IMG/VR virus record: IMGVR_UViG_3300044620_001904
Coordinates: 31,262 to 95,261 of that record
Direction: 5' to 3' (one strand)
DNA from: a virus
DNA length: 64,000 nucleotides
Part shown: in pieces, positions 47,672 through 58,662 of the stretch
Layout of the letters: every line of letters starts with the position of its first letter
How positions within the stretch are numbered: the stretch's first letter is position 1
The notes under the pieces: generated by a model
The model's input: the letters and a program-made list of their open reading frames with translations, nothing else
The model's database searches: none
Told to the model about the DNA's origin: nothing
Translations under genes and position numbers: made by a program

Positions 47672-49779
47672 TGCCAATTAATTTTCCAAATAATCCGTCA
47701 TTAAATCAATTATACGACTACGATAATAAAACGTGGGAATGGAATGGTGTATATTGGGAAGTTTATTCGGCACTTACAAGTTATGTTTCAACTTCAACAT
47801 TTAATAATTATACAGGTGTAACTCAACCTTTAATTTATAATTCAATTACAGGTGGAACATATTCAGGTGGAACACTTTATCTAATAAATAATTCGGGAGC
47901 AACAATCCAAATAACAGGGTTTACCGCAGGTGGATTATCAGGAGATTATTTACCTTTAAGTGGTGGTACAGTTTCAGGCGGAACTAGATTTACAAGTGGA
48001 TTGAGTGCAAACACAATATCGGCAACAACTTACCTTAATTTACCTGTTGATGTTTTTGTAACGGGTGGAACTTATACAAGTGGTGAAATAACATTTAGGA
48101 ATATAACTGGCGGAACTTTTACCGTAACAGGAATACCAAGTGGTAATGGTGGTGGAGGTGGTATTGTTTACTATTTGAATTTATCTAATTCACAAACTCC
48201 TTATAGGGAATTTAGCCCAATACCAACAACCGCCGCACAACAATCAAGTGGTGTTAGTATTTCAAATGGATCTACCGCAACTATATCAGAATTTTTAACT
48301 CCGGTTGGATATCCGAACGCTTTAATATTACCCGGTGGTATTTGGTCTTTTTATTTACATTCTAATAAGTCAAACTCAAACGCAATTTTTCAAATATTTG
48401 CAGAAGTTTATATAAGAACTAGTGGAGGAACTGAAACTTTCTTATTCCAAACTGACTCTGAAAGTGTTTTATCAACTAGTCCGGCAATTGAGATGCAAAT
48501 TTGTGACGCATATTTTAGTGGGACTCCACTAAATGTGAGTGATAGGTTATTAGTAAAAGTAAGAGCAACAAACACATCTAATCAAACACATACGATTACC
48601 CTATTTACCGAAGGATCACAACAGTATTCATATGCAACGACAACCTTTTCAATATTAGGATTAACTTGTGATACTTTAAGTGGTTGTAGTATAATTCAAA
48701 CAATACAGAGTGATATTTCAAACAAATACGATAAAAGTGGTGGAACAATTAATGGGAATGCGTTTATAGATGGGGGATTAACTGCAAATACTATAAGTGC
48801 AACGACATATCAGAATTTACCTACAGATATAAGAGTGACAGGAGCTACATATTCTGACAATACATTTACTTTTATTAACAACACTGGTAGTACCTTTGAT
48901 GTTTCATTTAATACCGTTACAGGATTAACTGCAAACACAATATCGGCAACGACATATCAGAATTTACCTACAGATATAAGAGTGACAGGAGCTACATATT
49001 CTGACAATACATTTACTTTTATTAACAACACTGGTGGTACATTTGATGTTTCATTTAATACCGTTACAGGATTAACTGCAAATACTATAAGTGCAACGAC
49101 ATATCAGAATTTACCAGTAAGTGCCGTCACATCAGGTTCAGGTATATCAGCAGTAACAAGTAATGGTGTAGTAACTGTTACAAATTTATCACCAGACCAA
49201 ACTGTTACAATTACAGGTGGAACAAACATACAAATAGAAGGAACCTATCCGAATTTTGGTGTTAATTTTACGGGAACTACCGGTGGTGGAAGTTTTACAG
49301 GTGGAACTGTTAGTGGGGCAACAAATTTTACAGGTGGATTGAGTGCAAATACTATATCGGCAACAACTATCAGTGGCAATACATTATTCGGTGATGGTGC
49401 TAATCTAACGGGAATACCAAGAACAGGACAAATAACATCAATATTTGATGGTCTTGGCGGTGTGGTTCAAACAGGCATAGGAAGAAATTATATCACAATT
49501 CCATATACCGGAACTTTAACAGGCTGGACAATCTTCTCAAGTGTTGTGGGAACAATAGATATTGATTTTTATGATGATAATTATGCAAATTTTCCTCCAA
49601 CAAGTGCCGATACTATTTTCACTTCGATAAATAGACCTAAACTCACCAATACAAATAAAAATCAGGCAACTGGTTTGAATATTCCTTTAACATCTGGTGA
49701 TATATTAATACCTGAAGTTTTAAGTGTTACAGGATGCACAAACGTTGTTGTTAATTTACAAATTATTAGAACGACATGA
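47671..49779 (+). CDS. tail-fibre-like protein with GLTANTISATTY repeats
   Basis: INFPNNPSLNQ..W.WNG N-terminus; repeats. Confidence 0.6.
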   Translation: MPINFPNNPSLNQLYDYDNKTWEWNGVYWEVYSALTSYVSTSTFNNYTGVTQPLIYNSITGGTYSGGTLYLINNSGATIQITGFTAGGLSGDYLPLSGGTVSGGTRFTSGLSANTISATTYLNLPVDVFVTGGTYTSGEITFRNITGGTFTVTGIPSGNGGGGGIVYYLNLSNSQTPYREFSPIPTTAAQQSSGVSISNGSTATISEFLTPVGYPNALILPGGIWSFYLHSNKSNSNAIFQIFAEVYIRTSGGTETFLFQTDSESVLSTSPAIEMQICDAYFSGTPLNVSDRLLVKVRATNTSNQTHTITLFTEGSQQYSYATTTFSILGLTCDTLSGCSIIQTIQSDISNKYDKSGGTINGNAFIDGGLTANTISATTYQNLPTDIRVTGATYSDNTFTFINNTGSTFDVSFNTVTGLTANTISATTYQNLPTDIRVTGATYSDNTFTFINNTGGTFDVSFNTVTGLTANTISATTYQNLPVSAVTSGSGISAVTSNGVVTVTNLSPDQTVTITGGTNIQIEGTYPNFGVNFTGTTGGGSFTGGTVSGATNFTGGLSANTISATTISGNTLFGDGANLTGIPRTGQITSIFDGLGGVVQTGIGRNYITIPYTGTLTGWTIFSSVVGTIDIDFYDDNYANFPPTSADTIFTSINRPKLTNTNKNQATGLNIPLTSGDILIPEVLSVTGCTNVVVNLQIIRTT
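48775..49115 (+). repeat. 147-bp (49-aa) tandem repeat, ~2.3 copies
   Basis: GGATTAACTGCAAA starts at 48775, 48922 and 49069. Confidence 0.9.
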
Positions 49780-49952
49780 TTAAATTTGCTGAAATAATTA
49801 ATTACGGAAACTCAATAAGAATAGTTACTCAGGATAGTGATTCTAGTGAATATAACGAACCTATAAAGTTTGAACACACTGAAGAAATTGAAACTATTGA
49901 GCAATTAATTGAGGTTATACAGAATCATTTTAATAGTGGTTCACAATTATAG
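49776..49952 (+). CDS. small acidic protein (58 aa; not in ORF track)
   Basis: ATGA overlap with the upstream stop. Confidence 0.55.
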   Translation: MIKFAEIINYGNSIRIVTQDSDSSEYNEPIKFEHTEEIETIEQLIEVIQNHFNSGSQL

Positions 49953-49971
49953 TATAATAGAATAGACTAAT

Positions 49972-52023
49972 ATGGCAACATATACAGCAGTAGCAGGTGG
50001 TGGTAATTGGAACTCAGCGGCAACATGGGGTGGAGCTGGATTTCCTATTGCAGGAGATACTGCCATACTCAACGCTACTTCAGGTCAAGTTACAGTAACC
50101 GCAAATGCTACTTGTTTAATATTAGATTGTACAGGGTATGCCAATACACTCACAATCAATAATGGTATTACATTAACAGTTAATGGTGTTGGAGCCACTA
50201 TTTCTCTTGGTGGAACTATTGCCACAGGCACCACTGGCGTAATATCAACAGTCGGAACAAACACGGCTGTAACTATAAATTTCAATGGAATTACAATACC
50301 AAGATTAACGGTTGGATATAATAATGGGGTTACAACTCCGGTTCAAACAATGACAATTAACGGAACAAATCCAACAGTTCAAAATTTTACTTTTGGGAGT
50401 ATTGGACGTGTAGTATTATCTGGCACTGAATTAACTATAACAAGTTCATTTACCTCTAATGCGAGTGGGGTTCCACATCTTTTAAGTGGGACAACATTGA
50501 AATTTTCCGGAACGGTTAGTTATCAAGCAAACGCAGGTCAAAGACTTGCAATTAATATGACTGTAACAAGTGGTAGTACTTTAATATTAAATAGTAATTT
50601 TTTAACAGAATCAAGTGTAATTACTTTTCAAACGGGCAGTTTCTTAACTCATAATAATTTTACGCTCACTCCAAGAGCGACAGTCACATTAGACACATCA
50701 CCAATTGAATGGTATAATATAACACTTGTTGTTGATTTTACTACTCTTAATTTAACAAGTGATTTAAACATTGCTAATAAAGTAGAAGTCAATACAAGCG
50801 CCTTTGGTACTATATTTAGAATACAATCATCTGGTGGAACAAGAAATGTAAATATAAAAGGTAGTTTAATATCAACAGCTGCAGCTACATCAGCTGATGG
50901 GCTATTCTCTAATTCCACCACAAATTTTAATTTAATAGGTACTGGAACTTTAAGAGGTAGGTTTAATAATGTTTTGATTAATATTAACACCACAAATCCA
51001 TTGGGTTATACAATAGGTGATAATACTTTAAATAACTTATTGTTATTTGTCAATAGTGTTTTAACTTTAGTAGGTACTAGCGTCGCTCAAGTATTTAACT
51101 CGTCAAGTTTATTAAGAATCGGTGGTAATCCAGTTACTTTAGATACCAATAGGACATCAACTGGCGGAAACCAAATATTTTGGGCTAATGTAGATCAATT
51201 CATTGTTACTTCTGTATTAGTTTTAAACACAGAAACAACCTTTATAGGAAACGCCACATTTAGTAATACCTTCACATTAAATGGGTCTAAGTGTTTAATT
51301 GAGGGTAGTTTTTCAGCACCAAATAGTAGTATTGGTGGAACAAGTATAATAGAATTAGCCGGGTCAAATAATTCAAATTGGAATAGTGGAACAACTACCA
51401 CCGCAACTTATCAAAATAATATCATCGTTAATAAATCTGGAGGTGCGACCGTATCAATATTAAATTCATTAACTTGGGGATTAGCAGGTAGAACTCTACA
51501 AAGAACAGCGGGAAATATTAATCCAGGATCATCAACTGTAACAATACCAAATGCGGCGGTGACAATTAATAATATGGTGTTTAATAACCTAACAATAACT
51601 GCAGGTCCTACAATAACTCAAAATAGTGGAAATACAGTTAATGGAAATTTAACTTGTAATGGTACAACAACATTCTCAGGTACTGCAGGATTTACAACAG
51701 GGGGATTTATTTGTACAACAGCAGCATCAACATTAACCTTACAATCAGGTGTAACCTACAGTGTAACCTCCAATTTAGATTTATTTGCAACTTTAGCATC
51801 TCCTATAATACTAACAAGTAGTTCGGCAGCGGCTAATACCAAATTAACTTTATCAAATAACGCAACTCAAAGAGTTTATTTTGTAAGAGCGACAAGAATT
51901 GACTCAGGAGATGGACAGACAATTTGGAATAGTTACTCTACTTTATCAACTCCTCTTACAAATACGATAAATTGGAATCCAGGTGTAAAGCCTGCACCAT
52001 ATAATTTAATATTTATAAGCTGA
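49972..52023 (+). CDS. beta-helix-like adhesin / receptor-binding protein, paralogue 1
   Basis: GNWNSAATW N-terminus, Thr/Gly/Asn-rich, C-terminal FVRATRIDS..GQTIWN..NWNPG. Confidence 0.55.
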   Translation: MATYTAVAGGGNWNSAATWGGAGFPIAGDTAILNATSGQVTVTANATCLILDCTGYANTLTINNGITLTVNGVGATISLGGTIATGTTGVISTVGTNTAVTINFNGITIPRLTVGYNNGVTTPVQTMTINGTNPTVQNFTFGSIGRVVLSGTELTITSSFTSNASGVPHLLSGTTLKFSGTVSYQANAGQRLAINMTVTSGSTLILNSNFLTESSVITFQTGSFLTHNNFTLTPRATVTLDTSPIEWYNITLVVDFTTLNLTSDLNIANKVEVNTSAFGTIFRIQSSGGTRNVNIKGSLISTAAATSADGLFSNSTTNFNLIGTGTLRGRFNNVLININTTNPLGYTIGDNTLNNLLLFVNSVLTLVGTSVAQVFNSSSLLRIGGNPVTLDTNRTSTGGNQIFWANVDQFIVTSVLVLNTETTFIGNATFSNTFTLNGSKCLIEGSFSAPNSSIGGTSIIELAGSNNSNWNSGTTTTATYQNNIIVNKSGGATVSILNSLTWGLAGRTLQRTAGNINPGSSTVTIPNAAVTINNMVFNNLTITAGPTITQNSGNTVNGNLTCNGTTTFSGTAGFTTGGFICTTAASTLTLQSGVTYSVTSNLDLFATLASPIILTSSSAAANTKLTLSNNATQRVYFVRATRIDSGDGQTIWNSYSTLSTPLTNTINWNPGVKPAPYNLIFIS

Positions 52024-53639
52024 TGCCGATCTGGAGAGGAACAACAAATACTGATTGGAATACCGCATCTAACTGGGTTATAGATGGTTCTGGGAATAGT
52101 GGTGTACCAACCGCTACAACTGATGCTATTTTTGATTCAGGTTCTACCAATCCCTGTGTTATGGGTGCGAATAGAAGTTGTAGGGATTTAATTTTTTCGT
52201 CATTTACAAGCACACTCACAGTTGCAACATTTACGCTGCAAGTAAACAGAAATGTAACCCTTCAGTCAGATATTTCAAGTAGAATATCAGGCACAACTGG
52301 TACCCTAAGAATGGCATCAACAACAGGTGGGCCTGCTTTAAGTGGTACTTTAACATCAAACGGTGGTACTTGGCCTCTTAATTTCTCAGCAGGAGCGGCC
52401 TCGATAACAATTACCCTTGCAGATGCTTTTACTTGTACGGGCAACGCATCAATAGCCACGGGGCCAACATACAGCGGCAGTACATTCAGTGTTAATGGCA
52501 ATTTCACATCAGCAGGAGGCGGCTCATTAGTTGCAAGCAGTACAAACTTTATAATGACAGGAACAGGCACTCTGTCATTGGCGGCAGCTTGCAACATGGA
52601 ATTGAATACTACTGGAACAATTACAATTTCAGGAAATATAACCGCTGGTAGAAGATTCATAATTACAGCAGTTGGCAGTTTGGTTGGATTGTCAACTGCA
52701 AATTTAACATTTATCAGCGGTTCATCAGAAGGTATAATTGATTTGGGCGGCAGAACAGTTCAGGATTTTAACACAAGCACATCAGTCAACACTTATACAA
52801 TTCGTTCATCTTTTACTTGTCGTAATATATCTTTACTTGCTGCTACTTACAACGGACCTATTGCACCATCAACGGCAACTATAACAGTTGAGGGTAATTA
52901 CAATTTTGCCTCAGTAACTACTACAAATGGAAGACTTGATATTGTTATGAACGGTGCTACTGGCACTGCTACGATTGTTAACGGTGCTATGTTTTCAGGC
53001 ATACGAGTCACAATAAATGCAGGGTCTAACACAATAACTTATGCTGGAACTATAAATTTTAGAGAGGGATGTTCTGTTACCCGAACATCAGGGCTAATCA
53101 ATGCAGGCTTAACGACATCATCAATTATAAATCCTGCAACAGTAGTAACTATTAGTGGAATGATATTTAATAATTTAACGATAGGCCCGACATCAATTAC
53201 CATTACGCAAAATGCCCAAAATACCATTAATGGTGTGCTTTCTATGGGCGGAACAGTAACATTTGCAGGCACTCACGGATTTGATACTCGTGACTTTGTT
53301 TGCACCACAGCAGGTTCAACAATTACATTACAATCAGGTGTAAATTATACCGTAACTTCAAATTTAAGGTTATTAGGAACAAATGCGTCACCTATCCTAT
53401 TATCAAGTTCATCACCTACAACAAGAGCTTTCCTTACTTTAAATTATGGAGCTTCGATGTTGTCAGGTGATGGTTTAGTGTCACACGCCGTATATTTCGT
53501 AAGAGCAACTAGAATTGATAGTAGTTTAGGTCAGACAATATGGAACACATTTGGTTCAATTTCCACACCACTTGTAGATACAGTAAATTGGAATCCAGGT
53601 TCAAGACCAAATCCAACTTCTTATACGTATATCACTTGA
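52023..53639 (+). CDS. beta-helix-like adhesin / receptor-binding protein, paralogue 2
   Basis: WRGTTNTDWNTASNW N-terminus; same C-terminal module as paralogue 1. Confidence 0.55.
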   Translation: MPIWRGTTNTDWNTASNWVIDGSGNSGVPTATTDAIFDSGSTNPCVMGANRSCRDLIFSSFTSTLTVATFTLQVNRNVTLQSDISSRISGTTGTLRMASTTGGPALSGTLTSNGGTWPLNFSAGAASITITLADAFTCTGNASIATGPTYSGSTFSVNGNFTSAGGGSLVASSTNFIMTGTGTLSLAAACNMELNTTGTITISGNITAGRRFIITAVGSLVGLSTANLTFISGSSEGIIDLGGRTVQDFNTSTSVNTYTIRSSFTCRNISLLAATYNGPIAPSTATITVEGNYNFASVTTTNGRLDIVMNGATGTATIVNGAMFSGIRVTINAGSNTITYAGTINFREGCSVTRTSGLINAGLTTSSIINPATVVTISGMIFNNLTIGPTSITITQNAQNTINGVLSMGGTVTFAGTHGFDTRDFVCTTAGSTITLQSGVNYTVTSNLRLLGTNASPILLSSSSPTTRAFLTLNYGASMLSGDGLVSHAVYFVRATRIDSSLGQTIWNTFGSISTPLVDTVNWNPGSRPNPTSYTYIT

Positions 53640-54273
53640 AAACATTCTCATCATAATAATCATTATCTGTGTGGTAATATAGGTCAATAAGACTACTATT
53701 CAAAATTTTTATTGATTTTTGCGATAATTCCAAAGTAAGACCTTCTTTAGTATTTGTCTTAACAAAATGTTCTTTTTGATTTAATAACATATCGCTATCA
53801 TCATCTAATATAACGTAGTTTTTAATATTACTACTCTCTAAGTATTCTAACTGTCTTTCTTTTGACCAATTGATTCTTCGGAAACCATTTTCTTTCAAAA
53901 AATATTCTATTTCACATCCCCTCGGAATTGTGTAACTATTTTTTATTCCTTGTGCAGAATGTATACTTGGAGTTTTACCAATTACTTCACCTGAAATACC
54001 AACAGAATCAAATAATTCTTGCAATCCTTTGATATCATATCCCCTTCTCCAAGTGGATGAAACAACTATTTTAGCTCCAGTATTTTCAATAATTAAATTA
54101 AGATTAGAAACTAAGGTGGGAGAAAACTCCCACCTTTTATAGTCCTCCTTAGTCATATTATTAGGATCCCAATTAGGATCCTCTGATCTTTGCAAATACC
54201 AATCCTGAGAGTTTAAAACACCATCTATGTCCAAAAAAATTATTTTCATGTTCAATGAGTTATTATGTCCCAA
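53632..54273 (-). CDS. HAD phosphatase (Swiss Army Knife RNA-repair type)
   Basis: IIFLDIDGVLN..IVVSSTWR..RGCEI..YVILDDDSDM. Confidence 0.8.
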   Translation of the reverse strand: MGHNNSLNMKIIFLDIDGVLNSQDWYLQRSEDPNWDPNNMTKEDYKRWEFSPTLVSNLNLIIENTGAKIVVSSTWRRGYDIKGLQELFDSVGISGEVIGKTPSIHSAQGIKNSYTIPRGCEIEYFLKENGFRRINWSKERQLEYLESSNIKNYVILDDDSDMLLNQKEHFVKTNTKEGLTLELSQKSIKILNSSLIDLYYHTDNDYYDENVFK

Positions 54274-54932
54274 TTTTTAGTTTCAAAATCATATTCAATT
54301 GTTATCGGAGCATTTTGATATTTATAATCCTCACCCAAGCAGCATGCATTTACAAAAACAGTCTCATCTACTTGTTTTATGTGCCTTGCGTAATGTATGT
54401 GACCACAAGCGTGAATTTTTGGTTTAACATCCATAACCTTTTTGTAAAGTTCTTCACAACCAGCCCTTTGTCCGGTGTATGTTTGATCTAAAATACCAAA
54501 AACAGGTCCGTGAGTCAATAATATATCAGTATCATCAGGTATTGTTTTCCATTTTTCGGCAATCGCCTCACCCCTTTCAACATTAAATGCCCAATCATAA
54601 AACCGAGGTTGCCAAGGAGTGCCATAAATCTTTATACCATCAATGATGTACGCCATATCTTGCAAATAAGTTACCGTAGGATAATTTTCCAACATAACAG
54701 CACATTCTTGCGGATTATCTTGAAATCCGAAATCGTGATTCCCTGCAATAAACACTTTGTGTTCGTACCCTTTAATACCATCAAACCAATCAAGAAATTG
54801 TTTGATTTCATTCATATACCCCTGATTACTGATATCACCACAATGAATCAGAATATCACCACCAGGTAAATAATCTGTAACTTGTTTATGTTTTGTGTGA
54901 GTATCGCTTATAAATGTTATTGTCTTTTTCAT
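54252..54932 (-). CDS. metallophosphoesterase
   Basis: SDTH, HCGD, AGNHD, THGP, GHIH. Confidence 0.9.
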   Translation of the reverse strand: MKKTITFISDTHTKHKQVTDYLPGGDILIHCGDISNQGYMNEIKQFLDWFDGIKGYEHKVFIAGNHDFGFQDNPQECAVMLENYPTVTYLQDMAYIIDGIKIYGTPWQPRFYDWAFNVERGEAIAEKWKTIPDDTDILLTHGPVFGILDQTYTGQRAGCEELYKKVMDVKPKIHACGHIHYARHIKQVDETVFVNACCLGEDYKYQNAPITIEYDFETKNWDIITH

Positions 54933-54950
54933 AGTTGCAAATATACAAAA

Positions 54951-55616
54951 TTAATCCCACCAGTATTCAATTTTTCTTTCTAAAATCATAAAAATAAGTT
55001 TTTTTGCTTGCTCGTGTTTAGCTTGACCTATTTCTCTTGCTTTATCTTCATCATCCATGTTTTTAAATTCAGGATTACTTTTTGAAAGTAACCTTGCTTT
55101 TGAAGGATTTAATTTTACGTACTTATAGGTTTTATCATATACCACCCTTGAGTTAAGTTCATAAAGATTCCCACCATTTTCATCTTTTTCATCTACAAGG
55201 TCAAAGTTGTGATGTTTTTTGATGTATTTGAAGTATTCTACCGAATATTCTTCATTTTTAACTGCGTCAATCAAATTAAGAACAACTGTCATCCAATAAT
55301 TTGAAGCTTCAACTCCTGTGTGACGATTGTTTTTAACTATATGATCACGAGTAAATTGAATTTTTCTTTGGAGCATTTCGTAAATGAAATTATAGTCCCA
55401 ATCTCTATCTTTATAGGTGTAAGGCATCCATTTTATTATGGTTTTTACACCTTTGATGAAGTTTTCAATCGAACTGAATGCTCGATAAACGTAATGCCCG
55501 ATATATGCGTTTCTATATTTGTAGATCCAATTTAATAAAAGGGTAAAAGGATTATAAATCTTTCTATCCCATTTGATGTCCGCAGGTATTTGAACTTTTT
55601 TATAATTTGATTTCAT
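54951..55616 (-). CDS. hypothetical phage protein
   Basis: DRDWD..WWD ending. Confidence 0.6.
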   Translation of the reverse strand: MKSNYKKVQIPADIKWDRKIYNPFTLLLNWIYKYRNAYIGHYVYRAFSSIENFIKGVKTIIKWMPYTYKDRDWDYNFIYEMLQRKIQFTRDHIVKNNRHTGVEASNYWMTVVLNLIDAVKNEEYSVEYFKYIKKHHNFDLVDEKDENGGNLYELNSRVVYDKTYKYVKLNPSKARLLSKSNPEFKNMDDEDKAREIGQAKHEQAKKLIFMILERKIEYWWD

Positions 55617-55752
55617 ATTACAAAGTTAAGAAAATTTTTTTGATAAAAAAAACCCAAGAATAAATTTCTTGGGTTTTGTATATATTGTGACAACCTATAA
55701 GGAGGTCGGAGATTAATAAATATATTATAAAATAAAAAAATAATCAAGAACC

Positions 55753-56169
55753 TCAAAAAAATTTGTCTGACACCCTTTGCAGCAAAGATTTTTTGAAATT
55801 GATATTGTGCCTATTTTCAAAATTATCCAATAAAATTTGAATTGAATTTGTAAAATTTGAATTTTTAAGTAAAATATATGCTCCTAAATCAGCATCCATT
55901 TCATCTTCGGGCACCCTTTCTGTGGTATGTCCTAAAATAATATGTGAAACCTCGTGAGCCTCTATAAATCTTAACACATCTTCATCTATTTGGTCTTGGT
56001 CAGAAAAAACCTCACCATCCAAAATAACCAAATTATCATTTGGTGATACAAAACCGTAACCGTATTCTTCAAATAAAGGTTCAAAATCTTTATATCTAGG
56101 GTTTTGCTCAAAAAGTATGATAACATCAACTTTTGGGCTAAAAATGCTTTTATAAGTAATAATATCCAT
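55753..56169 (-). CDS. HExxH zinc-peptidase-like protein
   Basis: AHEVSHI..EMDAD. Confidence 0.55.
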   Translation of the reverse strand: MDIITYKSIFSPKVDVIILFEQNPRYKDFEPLFEEYGYGFVSPNDNLVILDGEVFSDQDQIDEDVLRFIEAHEVSHIILGHTTERVPEDEMDADLGAYILLKNSNFTNSIQILLDNFENRHNINFKKSLLQRVSDKFF

Positions 56170-56171
56170 AA

Positions 56172-56576
56172 TTAAATAAGTTTTCTTCTCTGTAAATATC
56201 TAAGACAATTACGATAATGCTTTTTTTCTGAATTTACAGCATCAATTTCCATAGGATGTTGTTCATAACCGTATTTTTTGTAAAGTTTATGATACTTCCC
56301 CATGTCATAAAGTTTTGGCATTTGAAGAAAATGGGTATATTCGTGAATTACCGTTCTGATAATACCTGATACACTTTTGTGATATACGGTATTAATGGTA
56401 ATGATCCTTTCCCAATAAAGACCAAGGTCGTTTGAATACCTATTGGATACCAACTCAATTTGAGGTAACTCACCTGATTTAAGTGGGGAACCAAAAGTAT
56501 CACAACACCACTGATACGCCAATAAAGCTATACGTTTTTTATTTCTTACCCGTTTCATACCACAAAGATACTTCAA
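56172..56576 (-). CDS. HExxH zinc-peptidase-like protein
   Basis: IHEYTHFLQ..PMEIDA. Confidence 0.6.
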   Translation of the reverse strand: MKYLCGMKRVRNKKRIALLAYQWCCDTFGSPLKSGELPQIELVSNRYSNDLGLYWERIITINTVYHKSVSGIIRTVIHEYTHFLQMPKLYDMGKYHKLYKKYGYEQHPMEIDAVNSEKKHYRNCLRYLQRRKLI

Positions 56577-56623
56577 TAAAACGAGTAAAAAAAATCGTAT
56601 TTAATAACTAACTGATTGTTAGA

Positions 56624-56908
56624 CTATTTTTTTATAGGTTGGAAATTAATCGAACCTTCATCAAATACATGATGATATAACTCTTGTATTTTCAATAAGT
56701 TATCCCACCACTTATTGATTTTTGACGCATACGGTTCGTTATCAAAATAATATGTTGGTATTACAATATCAACTATAATATGTTTGTCATGAATAACATT
56801 AATTTCACCTACTTCATATTCTATAGGTTCATCAAACATTTTTGACAAATACTTTTTATCAACAATTTCAAACAATTTGTTTATTTTTTTGTAATCTACC
56901 ATTTTCAA
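56624..56908 (-). CDS. hypothetical protein
   Basis: ORF in operon. Confidence 0.5.
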   Translation of the reverse strand: MKMVDYKKINKLFEIVDKKYLSKMFDEPIEYEVGEINVIHDKHIIVDIVIPTYYFDNEPYASKINKWWDNLLKIQELYHHVFDEGSINFQPIKK

Positions 56909-57252
56909 AAATCAGTTAAATTGATCATATCAAGATATTTTTTGATTGTTCTCCTTTTAACCTCATCTGAGACATCCAAAAATAGATCTCCAATTTCAAT
57001 ATAAATTTTATTCACCAAATTTTTCTTATTTGATTCAACAAAAAAATTTTTTTCATCTATAATAATAAAAGGAATATTAACTATCTTATAAGAATCTGAC
57101 ATTTTGTCATACCTTTCAATTGGATATGATGTAACGGGGAAGTTACGTCGTAAATATACCAATAATTTATCTGACGTATTGTCAGAGTATTTTGATAAAA
57201 TATCCTCCTTTTCTGAATTTTCAATGATTAACCTCATATTGCTAAATATCAT
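56905..57252 (-). CDS. hypothetical protein
   Basis: ORF in operon. Confidence 0.55.
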   Translation of the reverse strand: MIFSNMRLIIENSEKEDILSKYSDNTSDKLLVYLRRNFPVTSYPIERYDKMSDSYKIVNIPFIIIDEKNFFVESNKKNLVNKIYIEIGDLFLDVSDEVKRRTIKKYLDMINLTDF

Positions 57253-58154
57253 TAATAATATTTTAAAACTGAACCATCTTCAAAAATCAATATTTTAAGA
57301 CCACCATAATTAACATCAACAATATTTCCCATAATATCAAAAATTTTAACAGGTTTTTTTTGAATTGTATTAACATATATTGGTTCATATATTTTAAACG
57401 ACCCATTAAGATCAACTTGAGTTAATCTATAATATGAAATACCATCAAAAGGAAATTTGTCAAAATATTTATATTCCTTTTTAGTTGTGCTATAAACAGA
57501 GGTTTTGATTTTCGTTAGATATGCAAAGGTAACTAAATCTTTTGATTTTTCCAAAATAAAATAATCGGAGTTTGTCTCACTCATTGTAACCCACTTAGTT
57601 ATAACTCCACCATATGTTGGTGTTGCTTCAAATGAGGATAATTCAACAGGTAATTGCGTTGACTCAACCCAATATGGACATATTGATGATATCCCCTGAC
57701 AAAAAAAACCTCCAGATGCACTTCCAGTAACACACCAAGAATATTGATGCCCTATAACTAAATTTGCAAAAAATTGACCATCTCCAACCGTATAATCATC
57801 CGTTTTATCACAAAGCGTTAATTGACTGAAAGATACATTATTGCAACCCAAAGATGTGAACGCAAAATTTAAATAAACACCATTACTTTGTGCCGTAAAA
57901 TCAAAACAAAATGTAAATGTTTTTTCAGGTTTTGGTAACAAATAACAATATCCCTTTTGTAACAAAAAATCATATGTTGGTATTGGATTTTCTATGAATT
58001 TTACAGAACCTATTAATGTATCACATATATTTGACTGCGAACCCGACGACAACATCTCAATGTCAAAAGTTTGCCCTTTTTGTGCTAAAATAGAATTAGA
58101 AAAAGTAAATAGTAATATAAGTAAAAATAGGAATTTCATATCAATAAATATCAA
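57252..58154 (-). CDS. secreted protein resembling Bacteroidota T9SS substrates
   Basis: signal peptide; LPVELSSF..W.T.SETNSDYF..YYRLTQVDLNG; C-terminal IFDIMG..K. Confidence 0.7.
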   Translation of the reverse strand: MIFIDMKFLFLLILLFTFSNSILAQKGQTFDIEMLSSGSQSNICDTLIGSVKFIENPIPTYDFLLQKGYCYLLPKPEKTFTFCFDFTAQSNGVYLNFAFTSLGCNNVSFSQLTLCDKTDDYTVGDGQFFANLVIGHQYSWCVTGSASGGFFCQGISSICPYWVESTQLPVELSSFEATPTYGGVITKWVTMSETNSDYFILEKSKDLVTFAYLTKIKTSVYSTTKKEYKYFDKFPFDGISYYRLTQVDLNGSFKIYEPIYVNTIQKKPVKIFDIMGNIVDVNYGGLKILIFEDGSVLKYY

Positions 58155-58203
58155 AATTTAATGTAATTTATGTAACCTAACAAAATATTATTATCTTTGC
58201 AAC

Positions 58204-58662
58204 ATGAATATTTTCGTATTAGATACCGACATCGAGAAGTGTGCTAAGGATCACTGCGACAAACATTGTGTTAAAATGATTTTGGAGTCCTGCCAAATTT
58301 TATGTGGTGTGCATTGGTCAACCGGTGGTGACGCTCCTTATAGATTGAGTCATAAAAACCATCCTTGCTCTATTTGGGCTCGTACTTCTTATTCAAATTA
58401 TGTTTGGTTAACTGATTTAGGACTTGAACTGTGTAAAGAATACGAGAGAAGATACGGCAAAATACACAAAACTAAATCAGTATTAGAATGGTGTTTAACA
58501 AATAAACCTAACATACCTGATTTAGGATTAACTCCTCATGCAAAAGCGATGCCTGACGAATATAAGGTTGATGATGTTGTGCAGTCATATAGAAATTATT
58601 ATAAAGAAGGTAAGAAAGATATTTTGAAATGGAAAGATGGTTATAAACCTGAGTGGCTGTAA
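58204..58662 (+). CDS. pyrimidine-dimer DNA glycosylase / DenV-like protein
   Basis: MNIFVLD..HCDKHCVKMILESCQIL..HKNHPCSIW..AMPDEYK..YRNYY. Confidence 0.75.
   Translation: MNIFVLDTDIEKCAKDHCDKHCVKMILESCQILCGVHWSTGGDAPYRLSHKNHPCSIWARTSYSNYVWLTDLGLELCKEYERRYGKIHKTKSVLEWCLTNKPNIPDLGLTPHAKAMPDEYKVDDVVQSYRNYYKEGKKDILKWKDGYKPEWL

Noticed and set aside
45501-53639. Diversity-generating retroelement template/variable repeats
   Set aside because: No reverse transcriptase in the window; repeats are in-frame coding duplications and I saw no adenine-specific mismatch pattern
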